This document shows positions 37,201-45,456 of a stretch of 64,000 nucleotides of DNA, in pieces; within the stretch, counting starts at the first letter, position 1, and every line of letters starts with the position of its first letter. The notes beneath the pieces are model-generated. The model was not told the DNA's origin. It did no database searches and worked only from the letters and a program-made list of their open reading frames with translations. The stretch covers positions 229-64,228 of the forward strand of contig DASTOB010000120.1 of the NCBI GenBank assembly GCA_035720425.1, given 5' to 3'. The translations under genes were made by a program, and so were the position numbers. The DNA comes from Candidatus Limnocylindrales bacterium. GTDB lineage: Bacteria; Chloroflexota; Limnocylindria; Limnocylindrales; CSP1-4.

Positions 37201-37847
37201 CGAACGACCGGCTCGCCAACCTGGCTCAGCTCTACGTCATCGGTCTGCTCCGCGGGTCGCCCGATCCGGCGCTCATCGACGAGATCCGGCGGTCCGCGCA
37301 CGACGCGCCGCAGATCGCCGATGTCGAGCTGTGGGATGCGTTCGGGCGCGGGGACGCGACCGGCGCGATCGGGCACGGGCTGCCATTCGCCGCGGCGGAT
37401 GACCTCAATGCCCCGTTCGCTTACTTTCGGGTGGGGGTCGCGGCGGCCGTGGCTCGCGACGTCACGAACGCAACCATCGCGCTGACGAGCATGTCGGGCA
37501 ACCTGCGGACCGGGCGCTGGAACGAGGGCATCCTCGAGACGCTCCAGGCGATCGCCGCCGGCCTGGCCGGCGATCGGGTGCGGGCCGTGGAGCGCGGGCG
37601 GGCTGCGCTCGACATGTTCCGCTCGATGTCGGTCCGACTCGACGAGGGGCTCGCGGCGCTCGGGATCGCGGCCGCGCTCGGCCCCGACGACCCCGAGACG
37701 CCGGCGTTTGCCGACGAGGCCCGGCGGACCTTGACCGACGTCGGCGCGGCCGGCCTCCTGGAGATGTACCGGCCGATCGTGGCCCCTCGGCCCGGACGGA
37801 CCGTCGTCGAGCGCGCCGGTTCGACCATCGGCGTGACGGAGTCGTGA
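34278..37847 (+). CDS. Class III adenylate/guanylate cyclase with double zinc ribbon, STAND AAA and TPR domains
   Basis: CxxC x4. Cyclase VLFADLVGFT, EKFIGDAVMAVWG, GDLVNTASRLQ. Walker A GEAGMGKS, Walker B LVFEDLQWAD, GGIPLY. TPR-like C-terminus. Start uncertain (34251, 34278 or 34284). Confidence 0.92.
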   Translation: MGVICGSCGAANPAGAKFCLECGTPVSTACPRCGTAAVPGAKFCGECGERLTPTSAGPDLAATRIPGARPPGSADRGAANGGPLPVGAERRIVTVLFADLVGFTSLAEGRDAERVRDLLSRYFETASEIVARYGGTIEKFIGDAVMAVWGAPTAHEDDAERAVRAALDLVGSIGALGDELGAELSGRVGVLTGEAAVTIGATNQGLVAGDLVNTASRLQAVAPPGSVLVGEATRHAAGGSITFEPAGDAVLKGKAAPVPAFRALRVVAKSRGVGRSDSIEPPFVGRDVEFRLVRSAYHSVARERRARLVSITGEAGMGKSRLAWEFSKYTDGLAEKMWWHEGRSPSYGEGISFWALSEMIRKRAGLLEGDDEPTTRERIAAALVQHVPDADERAFIEPCLLTLLGVGAPPPGGRDRLFTGWRQFFERLASESPVVLVFEDLQWADDGLLDFIETLLEWSQSYPLFVLTLARPELLERRPAWGAGRNATSLPLGPLSDEAMRELLAGVVPQLPEASARTILARAGGIPLYAVETLRMLVASGRLENAEDGTLRAIGPLDVIDVPPSLQALIAARLDGLPAADRSLLQDAAVLGQTFATAALSALVGDGPDVLEPRLRGLVARDLLSLDTDPRSPERGQYGFVQSLIREVAYGTLAKRDRRTRHLAAARYFEALGDEELSGALATHYLAAYEAAADGPEADALAAQARIALRAAAERAANLGSPKQALAYFVAAADLPGDDADQLDLLERAGLVAEESGQHHRAADLFDQVVQQRRRAGDRLGAARATAARAEALMSNDVAAAQDLAESALTEYADLPEDRSEVLGLRYAVARCLLRSGRNADAAALLEGMLRAVEMTGDESFVLRVLATRGATLPAVGRSVEGAIILDGVIRRAERAGLFEIQDRARINLSVTLADDDVVAGRDVAASGFEDAVRRGAAGSAAYYAMNAAEYDLHIGEWDAASTRVREVLELGLEANDRLANLAQLYVIGLLRGSPDPALIDEIRRSAHDAPQIADVELWDAFGRGDATGAIGHGLPFAAADDLNAPFAYFRVGVAAAVARDVTNATIALTSMSGNLRTGRWNEGILETLQAIAAGLAGDRVRAVERGRAALDMFRSMSVRLDEGLAALGIAAALGPDDPETPAFADEARRTLTDVGAAGLLEMYRPIVAPRPGRTVVERAGSTIGVTES

Positions 37848-38215
37848 GCGGGGACGGCGGCGGATCGCTGCACATGCACGCGATCGTCATCGATTGCGCC
37901 GCGTTCGAGCCGCTCATCCGGTTCTGGTCCGCCGCCCTCGGCTACGTTGAGTGGTTCCCGCCGGGCGGTCAGTTCGCCGGGATCAAGCCGCCGGTCCGCG
38001 ACGGTCGCCTGGCCATCATCTTCCAGCGCGTGCCGGAACCGAAGGTCGCCAAGAACCGTGTTCACGTGGACTACTCGGCGACGGATCGCGAGGCCGAGGT
38101 CGGCCGCCTGGTCGGGCTCGGGGCCCGGGTGGTTCGCGAGCTCGACGAGAACGAGGGGCGCTGGACGATCCTGGCCGACCCCGAAGGCAACGAGTTCTGC
38201 GTCGCCCAGCACTGA
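37844..38215 (+). CDS. VOC/glyoxalase-like family protein
   Basis: IVIDCAAFEPLIRFWSAALG...FQRVPEPKVAKNRVHVD...WTILADPEGNEFC. Confidence 0.9.
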   Translation: MSGDGGGSLHMHAIVIDCAAFEPLIRFWSAALGYVEWFPPGGQFAGIKPPVRDGRLAIIFQRVPEPKVAKNRVHVDYSATDREAEVGRLVGLGARVVRELDENEGRWTILADPEGNEFCVAQH

Positions 38216-38237
38216 CGGTCGCATCCGATCGACGCGC

Positions 38238-39686
38238 TCAGCCGCGCTTGCCAAACTCCCGACGCAGCGCCGATCGCGCGGCGAGGTGGCCGCACATGCC
38301 GTGGGCGCCACCCCCCGGCGGCGTCGAGGACGAGCACAGGTACACGCCGGGCAGCGGTGTGGCCCACGGATTCCGCTGCGGGATCGGCCGGAAGAACAGC
38401 TGGCGCAGGTCCTGGGCGCCACCGTTGATGTCGCCGCCGACATAGTTCTCGTCGTGCGCTTCGAGCTGCGCCGCGCCGTGCGTGGCGCGCGCGACCACGA
38501 GGTCGCGAAAGCCCGGCGCGAACCGCTCGACCTGGGTTTCGATGGCGCTCGTCATGTCGGCCGGCGACCCGTTCGGGACGTGGCAATACGCCCACGCGGT
38601 GTGGCTCCCGGCCGGGGCACGGGTGGGATCGAAGCGGGTCGGCTGGACGAGCAGGACGAACGGTCGCTCTGGAATCGTCCCGCCGTGGACGTCGCGCCCG
38701 ACGCGGGCGACGTCGGCGGCGGTCCCGCCCAGGTGGACGGTTCCGGCGCGGGCGAGCTCCGGCGACCGCCATGGAATCGGCCCGGACAGGGCCCAGTCGA
38801 CCTTGAACACCCCGGGGCCATAGCGAAACCGCTCGAGGGCGCTGCGGTAGCCGTCCGGCAGCAGATCGGCGCCGATCGCGAGCAGCTGGCGCGGCGTCAC
38901 GTCGAGCAGGATGGCCCGCGCGGGCGGCAGCTCGTCGAGCGAGCCGATCCGTCGGCCCGTCTCGATCTCGCCACCGAGGGTCCGCAGCTCGGCCGCGAGA
39001 CCCTCCGCCAGGCGGGCCGTCCCGCCGCGGACGAGCGGCCAGCCGGAGGCGTGGGCGGACAGCGCGAGGGCAAGGCCGAACGATGCGGTCGCCGGCCGCT
39101 CGAGCGGGACCATCGCGTGGGCGGCGAGTCCGGCCAGCAGGGCGCGCGCCGGCGCTTCGCGGAAGAGCAGCCGGCCGAGAGCCAGGTTGGGCAGCAGCGC
39201 CGGGATTCCGAAGCGCGCCTGCGCGATCGGGTGCCGCGTCACCTGGAGCGGGCGGCCGAAGATCCACGGCATGAGGCGGTCGACGTCGCGCACGAGGGGG
39301 CCGACCAGCCGACGATAGGTCGGTCCGTCGCGGCCGAGCGCGTCCGCCGTCGCCTCGACCGACCGCTCGAGCACCACCGCCCGTCCGTCGTCGAGCGCAT
39401 GGCCGACCGGTGCCTCCGGAACGACGTACTCGACGCCGTGTCGCGCGAGGTCGAGCGGGCCGCGCGGTCCGAGGAACGGGGACACCGCGGTCGTTCCGAC
39501 GATCGCGGTGCAGATGTCGTGGACGTAGCCGGGCAGGGTCAGCTCGCCCGAGCGGAGGCCGCCCCCGACCTCGTCGGCCGCCTCGAGCAACCGGACGGAC
39601 AGGCCGGCCCGGGCGAGCGTGATCGCGGCCGCGAGGCCGTTCGGGCCGGCGCCGACGACGACGGCGTCGAGCGAAGTCGAACTCAC
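38238..39686 (-). CDS. Phytoene dehydrogenase-like NAD(P)/FAD oxidoreductase
   Basis: VVGAGPNGLAAA, EVGGG, GYVHDICTA, YLCSSSTPPGGGAHGMCGHLAA. Confidence 0.88.
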   Translation of the reverse strand: MSSTSLDAVVVGAGPNGLAAAITLARAGLSVRLLEAADEVGGGLRSGELTLPGYVHDICTAIVGTTAVSPFLGPRGPLDLARHGVEYVVPEAPVGHALDDGRAVVLERSVEATADALGRDGPTYRRLVGPLVRDVDRLMPWIFGRPLQVTRHPIAQARFGIPALLPNLALGRLLFREAPARALLAGLAAHAMVPLERPATASFGLALALSAHASGWPLVRGGTARLAEGLAAELRTLGGEIETGRRIGSLDELPPARAILLDVTPRQLLAIGADLLPDGYRSALERFRYGPGVFKVDWALSGPIPWRSPELARAGTVHLGGTAADVARVGRDVHGGTIPERPFVLLVQPTRFDPTRAPAGSHTAWAYCHVPNGSPADMTSAIETQVERFAPGFRDLVVARATHGAAQLEAHDENYVGGDINGGAQDLRQLFFRPIPQRNPWATPLPGVYLCSSSTPPGGGAHGMCGHLAARSALRREFGKRG

Positions 39687-39780
39687 CGGGAGTCCATGCC
39701 GGCCGCCGGTCGGTCTGGGCGGGCGGTGGTCAGGCCCGCCCGTTCGTCGGTCGTCCGTTCGTTGGGCGCCCGTCCGTCGG

Positions 39781-40518
39781 TCACCCGCCGCGTCGGCGCA
39801 GCCAGCGCGCGGGTGCGGTGAGCGTGCCGACCGCGGTCGAGAACGCCGGGCTGTGGCGGAGATTCCGCACGTACCGCCACTGGCGACGTCGGTCGACGCA
39901 CACCTTGGTCGTCTCGACCTCCGGCGTTGTCACGCCGAGCGTGCGAGCCAGGTTGGCAAGCGTTCCCACCCAGAAGCGATCGTTCATCCGGTTCGCGCCG
40001 AGCAGGTAGCTGAGCTCGATGAGCGGATCGCTCGTTCGCTCCAGCGCCTGGGCCTGGGCGATCGTGACGTCGCCGTCGCGATACGCGGAAAAGGTGATCC
40101 ATGCCGACAGGGCGTGTCCTTCCGGGGTCATGAACGTGAACGACTCCGCGTCAGCGTAGATGACGAGCACGCCCGTCGACATCCTGACCGGCGCCCCCGG
40201 GACGGCCTGGATCTCGAGCAGCGCGACCTCGCCCGGGGCGATGCCGGCCAGCGGCGCGTAGAACCGGTTGCCCTTCGGCCAGAACGATGGGAACTGCTCC
40301 TTCCAGTGGGCGACAACGTGCTCCGGCGTCGCGTCCGACCCATCGAGCCGAACGCGGAACGTCTTCTGCCACATCTGCCCGAAGCCCTGGACGGGGCCGG
40401 CGACGCGCTTGCCGGTGACGGTGTCCATGCCGGCCCCGGTGGCCGTCGTGGCCAGCCGGTCGACCGGGCGCGCCCACGACTCCCGGTCACGCGGCGTGCG
40501 CGGTTCGGTGGCGGTCAT
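39781..40518 (-). CDS. Conserved hypothetical protein, possibly DUF1990-like
   Basis: AGGAGG RBS. GPVQGFGQMWQK, FTFMTPEGH...WITFSA. Strong coding bias. The family assignment is tentative. Confidence 0.7.
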   Translation of the reverse strand: MTATEPRTPRDRESWARPVDRLATTATGAGMDTVTGKRVAGPVQGFGQMWQKTFRVRLDGSDATPEHVVAHWKEQFPSFWPKGNRFYAPLAGIAPGEVALLEIQAVPGAPVRMSTGVLVIYADAESFTFMTPEGHALSAWITFSAYRDGDVTIAQAQALERTSDPLIELSYLLGANRMNDRFWVGTLANLARTLGVTTPEVETTKVCVDRRRQWRYVRNLRHSPAFSTAVGTLTAPARWLRRRGG

Positions 40519-40577
40519 CACGGTCCTCCTGACTCTGTCCTCGCGATTGCCCCGCGGGGATCCGAATGCCTGGTTCC

Positions 40578-40610
40578 GTTCTACGCGCCGGCCGTCCGGG
40601 AATCGTTACG
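40578..40610 (-). promoter_or_regulatory. SARP-type heptamer direct repeat, site A
   Basis: Minus strand CGTAACG-ATTC-CCGGACG-N9-TAGAAC, inside the 3' end of the membrane gene and upstream of the DUF1990-like gene. Confidence 0.65.
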
Positions 40611-41810
40611 AGCCGTTCCTCGAAGCCAGATGGTGAGCCGACTCGGGGCGACCGCGCCCTCGACGGAATCACTCAGCGAGGCGGCGATCGACGTCGTGTC
40701 GAGCACGCCGCGCAAGCGCAGGCCGAAGGTGTCGACCGTTCGCTGCGCGTCGACCCGCGCCCGGTGGAAGCGCCGGTCGACCGCCGTCTGGACCCGGTGC
40801 CGGACGGGCTGGAAGAGTGCAGCGACCGCGAGCGTGGACCCGGCGACAGCCAGCGTGTTCCCACTCGTCCAGGGCGCGAGCAGACCCTGCAGGCTCACAA
40901 CCAGGATTGCGAACGTCGCGACGAGGATGGCGGTGACGATCGCCCAGCCCAGCGTCCGGCTAATGATCCGATCGATCTCGAAGAGGCGGTAGCGAAGGAC
41001 GGCGATCCCGGTGGCCGTCGGCAGAGCAATCCACGCGACGAAAGCCGGCGCGACGGCGACCAGGAGTGGCCCGACGTTCCTGGTGTCCGTTCCGGGCGCC
41101 ACGCCCGCCACGGCAAAGGAGACAAGGATCGTCAGCACTCCGATCGGCAGCAGGGCAAGCGCCGCGAGGATCCAGCGCAGCTGCAGCCGTTCCGTTCCGC
41201 TCGAGCGACGATACCGCCGCACCAGCGTGAGGAAGCCGGCTGCCCAGAGAACGATCTGGCCGCCGCTCAGAACCGTCCGGTACGGAACGAGGCTCCACGG
41301 CAGCTCGGCCTCGGGAGCGATCGCAACCGGGTTGGGCATTCCTCCGGGGAGGCCGGTCACGTGCGGTGGGTAGATGGTCGGCGCGAAGGCCACGAGCCCG
41401 AACAGGAGGGTCGACAGCGCACACAGGGCTGCCGGGGCACCGCCGACGAACCGGGGCCGGCCACCACCCGGGAAGTCGAGCACGAGGGCGAGGAGTGCGA
41501 CTGCCGCCGCCGGCCAGCCAGACGCCGCAAGCCAGGCGAGGAGGCGGTCGGCGAGCGGCGCGCTTCCGTCCGCCAGCGCCACCGGGTCGCCGGACACTTT
41601 CAGCGTCGCGAACAACCCGGCCCAGCCGATCGCGATGAGCAGCCAACCGACGGCGTTCCACGGGCGTCGGACTGCAAGCAGACCCCCGACGGCGGCGTAG
41701 GGCAGGGAGTAGACGAGCGTCAGGACGTCGCCGGCGGCCAGTGCGAGGGCGACCGCGGCAGCCGTAGCAAGGCCGACGCCGAGGCCGCGCAGCAGGCTGA
41801 GACACGCCAT
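40581..41810 (-). CDS. Multi-TM sensor-like membrane protein ending in a partial GAF (paralog 1)
   Basis: About 9-10 TM helices. VGGLLAVRRPWNAVGW, NPVAI, ERLQLRW, IAVLRYRLFEID, LFQPVRHRVQTAVDRRF, ends AVAPSRLTIWLR...RNDSRTAGA*. Confidence 0.85.
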   Translation of the reverse strand: MACLSLLRGLGVGLATAAAVALALAAGDVLTLVYSLPYAAVGGLLAVRRPWNAVGWLLIAIGWAGLFATLKVSGDPVALADGSAPLADRLLAWLAASGWPAAAVALLALVLDFPGGGRPRFVGGAPAALCALSTLLFGLVAFAPTIYPPHVTGLPGGMPNPVAIAPEAELPWSLVPYRTVLSGGQIVLWAAGFLTLVRRYRRSSGTERLQLRWILAALALLPIGVLTILVSFAVAGVAPGTDTRNVGPLLVAVAPAFVAWIALPTATGIAVLRYRLFEIDRIISRTLGWAIVTAILVATFAILVVSLQGLLAPWTSGNTLAVAGSTLAVAALFQPVRHRVQTAVDRRFHRARVDAQRTVDTFGLRLRGVLDTTSIAASLSDSVEGAVAPSRLTIWLRGTARNDSRTAGA

Positions 41811-41820
41811 CGCACGCGAA

Positions 41821-42177
41821 TCAGGTCCCGACGGCGGCGAGAGCGTCGGCCTGCGAGTCGTGGATCGCGATCGCCTCGTCGAGGCGCGTGAGCGAGAAGA
41901 TCTGGCGGTAGTGCTCGTCGAGCCCGGCCGCCAGCAGCCGCTGGCCGTTGCGCTGCGCGCGCACGAGGAGCGTCACGAGGAGGCCGATGCCGCCGCTGTT
42001 CATGTACTCGAGTCCGCCGAAGTCGAGGATGATCGTGCGCGCGCCGCCGCCGGTCGCCGTCACATAGGCGGCCATGAGCGCCGCCTCGCTGGCGCCGGTG
42101 ACGTCGCCGTCGATCCGGATGACGCTGGCCGTCGGATCGTCGGTCGAGCGCAGGTCGATACGGGTCGGATCGGTCAT
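41821..42177 (-). CDS. STAS-domain anti-sigma factor antagonist (RsbV-like)
   Basis: VIRIDGDVT, IILDFGGLEYMNSGGIGLLV (phospho-Ser), IFSLTRLD. Confidence 0.93.
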   Translation of the reverse strand: MTDPTRIDLRSTDDPTASVIRIDGDVTGASEAALMAAYVTATGGGARTIILDFGGLEYMNSGGIGLLVTLLVRAQRNGQRLLAAGLDEHYRQIFSLTRLDEAIAIHDSQADALAAVGT

Positions 42178-42518
42178 CGGTTCCCCTCCTGCTCGTCGTC
42201 CAGGACCACGTAGTCGGACAGCCTCGTGATCCGGAAGATCTCGCGGTAGTGCTCCGTCAGGTGGACGGCGTGGACCTCGCGGCCATCGCGCCGGGCCTCC
42301 GCAAGGAGGCGGACGATGAGCGCGATGCCGGTGCTGTTGATGTAGCCGACGCCGGCGAAGTCGAGGATGAGCCGCCGGGCGCCGAGCGCGGCCACGCTCA
42401 CGTACGCGTCGGCCAGGCCGGCGTCCGCGGCGACGTCGATGTCGCCGCCGAGCCGGATCCGGACCGCGTCCGGGACCGTCTCCACGTCCGCCCGGAAGCG
42501 GCGGGTCTGCACGTCCAT
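42174..42518 (-). CDS. STAS-domain anti-sigma factor antagonist (RsbV-like)
   Basis: IRLGGDID, LILDFAGVGYINSTGIALIV, IFRITRL. Confidence 0.93.
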   Translation of the reverse strand: MDVQTRRFRADVETVPDAVRIRLGGDIDVAADAGLADAYVSVAALGARRLILDFAGVGYINSTGIALIVRLLAEARRDGREVHAVHLTEHYREIFRITRLSDYVVLDDEQEGNR

Positions 42519-44132
42519 TCAGGACTCCTTGCGGGCGAGTCGCAGGGTGACCGTCTGGCCATCCCCGTCGCTTGCCACGTCCATCTGGTCGACCATGTTT
42601 CGGATGAGGAACAGGCCCCAGCCGCGCGGCTTCTGCTCGCCGGCCAGCTTGGCGTCAATGTCCGGGGCCTCGGCGTCGTCGGGGACCGGGCCCGACAGGG
42701 CCCGATCCGTGATCCGCACGACCACCTCGGCCGGCGTCGCGGCCACGACGAGGTCGACCGGCACGTCCTCGCGTCCAAGGCTCCCGTACTCGATCGCGTT
42801 CATCGTCGCCTCGCTGACGGCGGTCTTGAGCCGCTCGAGGCGGCGGCCGTTCAGCCCGAGGGGTGCGACGACGTCGGCGACCCGGTCCATTGCGCTCCGC
42901 TCGTTGCCGATCGCACCGGGCACGGAGAACGCCGCGAGCAGCTCCTCGCCCGGGTCCGCCCCGGCCGGTTCGGCGGCGGCGACCTCGCCGGCGCGGCGCA
43001 GGGCGACCATCGTGATGTCGTCCTCCTGCTCCCAGGTCGGTCCGGTGAACGCATGCAGGTGTTCGAGGACCCGATCGATGACATCGGACCCCGGAACGTC
43101 GAGCGTTGCGAATTCGTCGCGCAGGCGCGGGAAGCCGTACATCTCGCGCTCCGGGCCGTGGGCCTCGACGACCCCGTCGGAGTAGAGGAGGACGGTCGAT
43201 CCGGGTTGAATGACGGCCTCGGTCTCCTCGTACGCAACCCCAGCGAGCAGCCCAAGCGGCATGCCGGTGGCCCGGATTTCGGTGACCCGGTCGGCCGAGC
43301 GCACGTACGGCAGGTTGTGCCCGGCATTGGCGATGACCATCCGTCCCGATGCCGGTTCGAGGAACACGAGCAGGCACGTGACGAACATGCGGTTCGGCAT
43401 CTCCGGCACGAGCAATTCATTCGCCCGCGCGAGCACGGCGCCCGGCGACGGCGACCGCGACGCCTCGGCCCGCAGGATCGAATGGGTGCGGGCCATGACG
43501 AGCGCGGCCGGCACGCCCTTGTCGGTCACGTCGCCGACGACGATCGCGATCCGTCCGTCCGGCAGCTCGATGAAGTCGTAGAAGTCGCCGCCCACGGCGC
43601 GCGCGGGTCCGTAGTACGCGGCGACCTGCCACTCGGGGAGCCGCGGCAGGTCGCGCGGGAGGAACTGCTGCTGGATGAGCGTGGCGACCCGGAGCTCTTG
43701 GTCGATCCGCTCGCGCTCTGCCGCTTCGGCGGCCTGTTCCTGGACGAGCTGGGCGACGCGGATCGCGGGGGCCGCCTGGGCGGCCAGCGTGGCGAGGAGC
43801 CGCCGGTCGTCGGTCGAGTATTCCTGCTCCGACAGGCGTGGCCCCAGGTACAGGGCCCCGATCAACTCGCCGGACGTGACGAGGGGAACGATCAGCGAGA
43901 TGCCGGCGGCGCGCAGTTCGGCCAGGGCCGGGGAGGCGAGCTCGAGGCGGTAGACGTCGACCGCGCCGCTCGCGCCCTGGAGGTAGGCGAAGAGGGGGTC
44001 CGACGGCGCGATCTCGACGGCCGGCGCCTCAGAGACGGTCGGCACGGCAACTGGCTTGGCCACGACGGGTGCCTGGAGCGCGGTGTCGCCACCGAGTCCG
44101 ATGGTCCGGCGAATGGTGCGGAGCAACGTCAT
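42519..44132 (-). CDS. Partial GAF + SpoIIE/RsbU PP2C phosphatase + RsbW-type HATPase fusion
   Basis: GAF C-half SLIVPLVTSGELIGALYLG...DRRLLATLAAQAAPAI. PP2C VGGDFYD, GDVTDKG, LYSDGVVE, EDDITMV. RsbW AVSEATMNAIEYG, RGWGLFLIRNMVD. Confidence 0.92.
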   Translation of the reverse strand: MTLLRTIRRTIGLGGDTALQAPVVAKPVAVPTVSEAPAVEIAPSDPLFAYLQGASGAVDVYRLELASPALAELRAAGISLIVPLVTSGELIGALYLGPRLSEQEYSTDDRRLLATLAAQAAPAIRVAQLVQEQAAEAAERERIDQELRVATLIQQQFLPRDLPRLPEWQVAAYYGPARAVGGDFYDFIELPDGRIAIVVGDVTDKGVPAALVMARTHSILRAEASRSPSPGAVLARANELLVPEMPNRMFVTCLLVFLEPASGRMVIANAGHNLPYVRSADRVTEIRATGMPLGLLAGVAYEETEAVIQPGSTVLLYSDGVVEAHGPEREMYGFPRLRDEFATLDVPGSDVIDRVLEHLHAFTGPTWEQEDDITMVALRRAGEVAAAEPAGADPGEELLAAFSVPGAIGNERSAMDRVADVVAPLGLNGRRLERLKTAVSEATMNAIEYGSLGREDVPVDLVVAATPAEVVVRITDRALSGPVPDDAEAPDIDAKLAGEQKPRGWGLFLIRNMVDQMDVASDGDGQTVTLRLARKES

Positions 44133-44138
44133 GACGGT

Positions 44139-44171
44139 GTTCTACGCCTCCTTCGTCCGGAAATCGTTACG
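44139..44171 (-). promoter_or_regulatory. SARP-type heptamer direct repeat, site B
   Basis: CGTAACG-ATTT-CCGGACG-N9-TAGAAC-N6-ATG(44132). Confidence 0.7.
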
Positions 44172-45410
44172 GGATCGGAGCCACACACCGGCGGCAGCCG
44201 GGCTCATGGCGGCACCAACGGTGTTCTTGAAGTCGCCCTCGAGATCAGCCAGGTCGAGCTGTGAGCGCAGCCGCTCGCCGAACGCGGCCGCGACGCGCTC
44301 GCCGTCGTAGCGCGCCCGGTCGAAGCGCCGGTCGACCACGCGCTGGACCCTCGAGCGGAGTGGTGCGAACAGCGCGGCAACGACCAGCGTCGAGCCGGCT
44401 ACCGCGAGGGTGTCCCCTCCCGTGATCGATCCGAGGAGGTTGGACAGTCCGACGACGAGGATGATGAACGAGCCGACCAGCGCTCCGCTGACGATCGTCC
44501 ACGCGATCGTCCGGCTGATGATCCGGTCGATGTCGAACAAGCGATAGCGCAGGATCGCGGCCCCGATGGCCAGCGGCAGGGCTAGCACACCGAAGTACGC
44601 GAGGACGGCCGTAATGAGGATCCCGTCATCGACGCGCAGGGCAGACTCGATGGCAGTTCCGACAAATGCCACGATCACGAAACCCATTGCCGCGAGCAAC
44701 CAGCGGATCTGCAGGCGCTCGACGACGGTCCCGCGGCGATACCGGGTCACGAGCCCGAGCGCGCCGAAGGCGATCACCGCGATCAGTTGAAGCAGCAGGC
44801 TGTCGGCGAGGGGTGCCAGCGCCGCCGGCCAGCCCACCAATCCGAACGGATTGCCGCCGCCGCCCTCGAACAGCGGACCCGGGCGAAGCGCCAGTGCCGC
44901 CAGGCTCGTGCTCGTGATCCCGATGATCGCCAGCGATGGCGCGCGCCAGCGCGGCGACGGCAGCGTTCCCGTGGGGAAGAGAAGCGGCAGCCAACCGACG
45001 ATGAGGGCCATGCCCGGGTAGGAGAGCAGGAGCCCAGCCCACTGGATCACGCCGGCGGTCCCCCGGTCGGCCCCAGGCGTCAGCTCGCCACCGGCCGTCC
45101 AGATCAGCCCCAGCAGGGCGAACAGGGGGCCGCACAGCAGCATCAACAGGCCGATCGCGTGGCCGGGACGGCGCCACGCGATCACCGCTCCGACGAGCGA
45201 GAACAGCAGCGCGGTCGCGTTGAAGACGAGGACGAGCGCGATCGGCTCGACACCACCCGACTCACGCCGCGCATTGAGGCTGAGCAGGGCAACGGACAGA
45301 CCAAGCGACGCGGCGATCGAGGCCACCATCGCGGCGACCGCGAGTGGGCCGGGGCGGTGCTTGACCGACCCTCGCGGGTCATCTTGGCGCAGCGATCGTG
45401 TCGCGCTCAT
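44142..45410 (-). CDS. Multi-TM sensor-like membrane protein ending in a partial GAF (paralog 2)
   Basis: VGAVIAWRRPGHAIG, FPTGTLPSPRWR, NPFG, ERLQIRW, ILRYRLFDID, LFAPLRSRVQRVVDRRF, ends AMSPAAAGVWLRSRNDFRTKEA*. Start re-assigned to ATG 45410. Confidence 0.87.
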   Translation of the reverse strand: MSATRSLRQDDPRGSVKHRPGPLAVAAMVASIAASLGLSVALLSLNARRESGGVEPIALVLVFNATALLFSLVGAVIAWRRPGHAIGLLMLLCGPLFALLGLIWTAGGELTPGADRGTAGVIQWAGLLLSYPGMALIVGWLPLLFPTGTLPSPRWRAPSLAIIGITSTSLAALALRPGPLFEGGGGNPFGLVGWPAALAPLADSLLLQLIAVIAFGALGLVTRYRRGTVVERLQIRWLLAAMGFVIVAFVGTAIESALRVDDGILITAVLAYFGVLALPLAIGAAILRYRLFDIDRIISRTIAWTIVSGALVGSFIILVVGLSNLLGSITGGDTLAVAGSTLVVAALFAPLRSRVQRVVDRRFDRARYDGERVAAAFGERLRSQLDLADLEGDFKNTVGAAMSPAAAGVWLRSRNDFRTKEA

Positions 45411-45456
45411 CGCCGCCACGGCCCGACTGCAGCGGCACGGTGCGCGACGTGGTCGA

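Noticed and set aside
44142-44144. Pyrrolysine recoding or a simple pseudogene break at the TAG
   Set aside because: No pyl genes are in the window. The same terminal sequence and TAG occur in the paralog at 40581, and the downstream ORF has its own ATG and intact motifs. Generic readthrough remains open and is listed as a finding.
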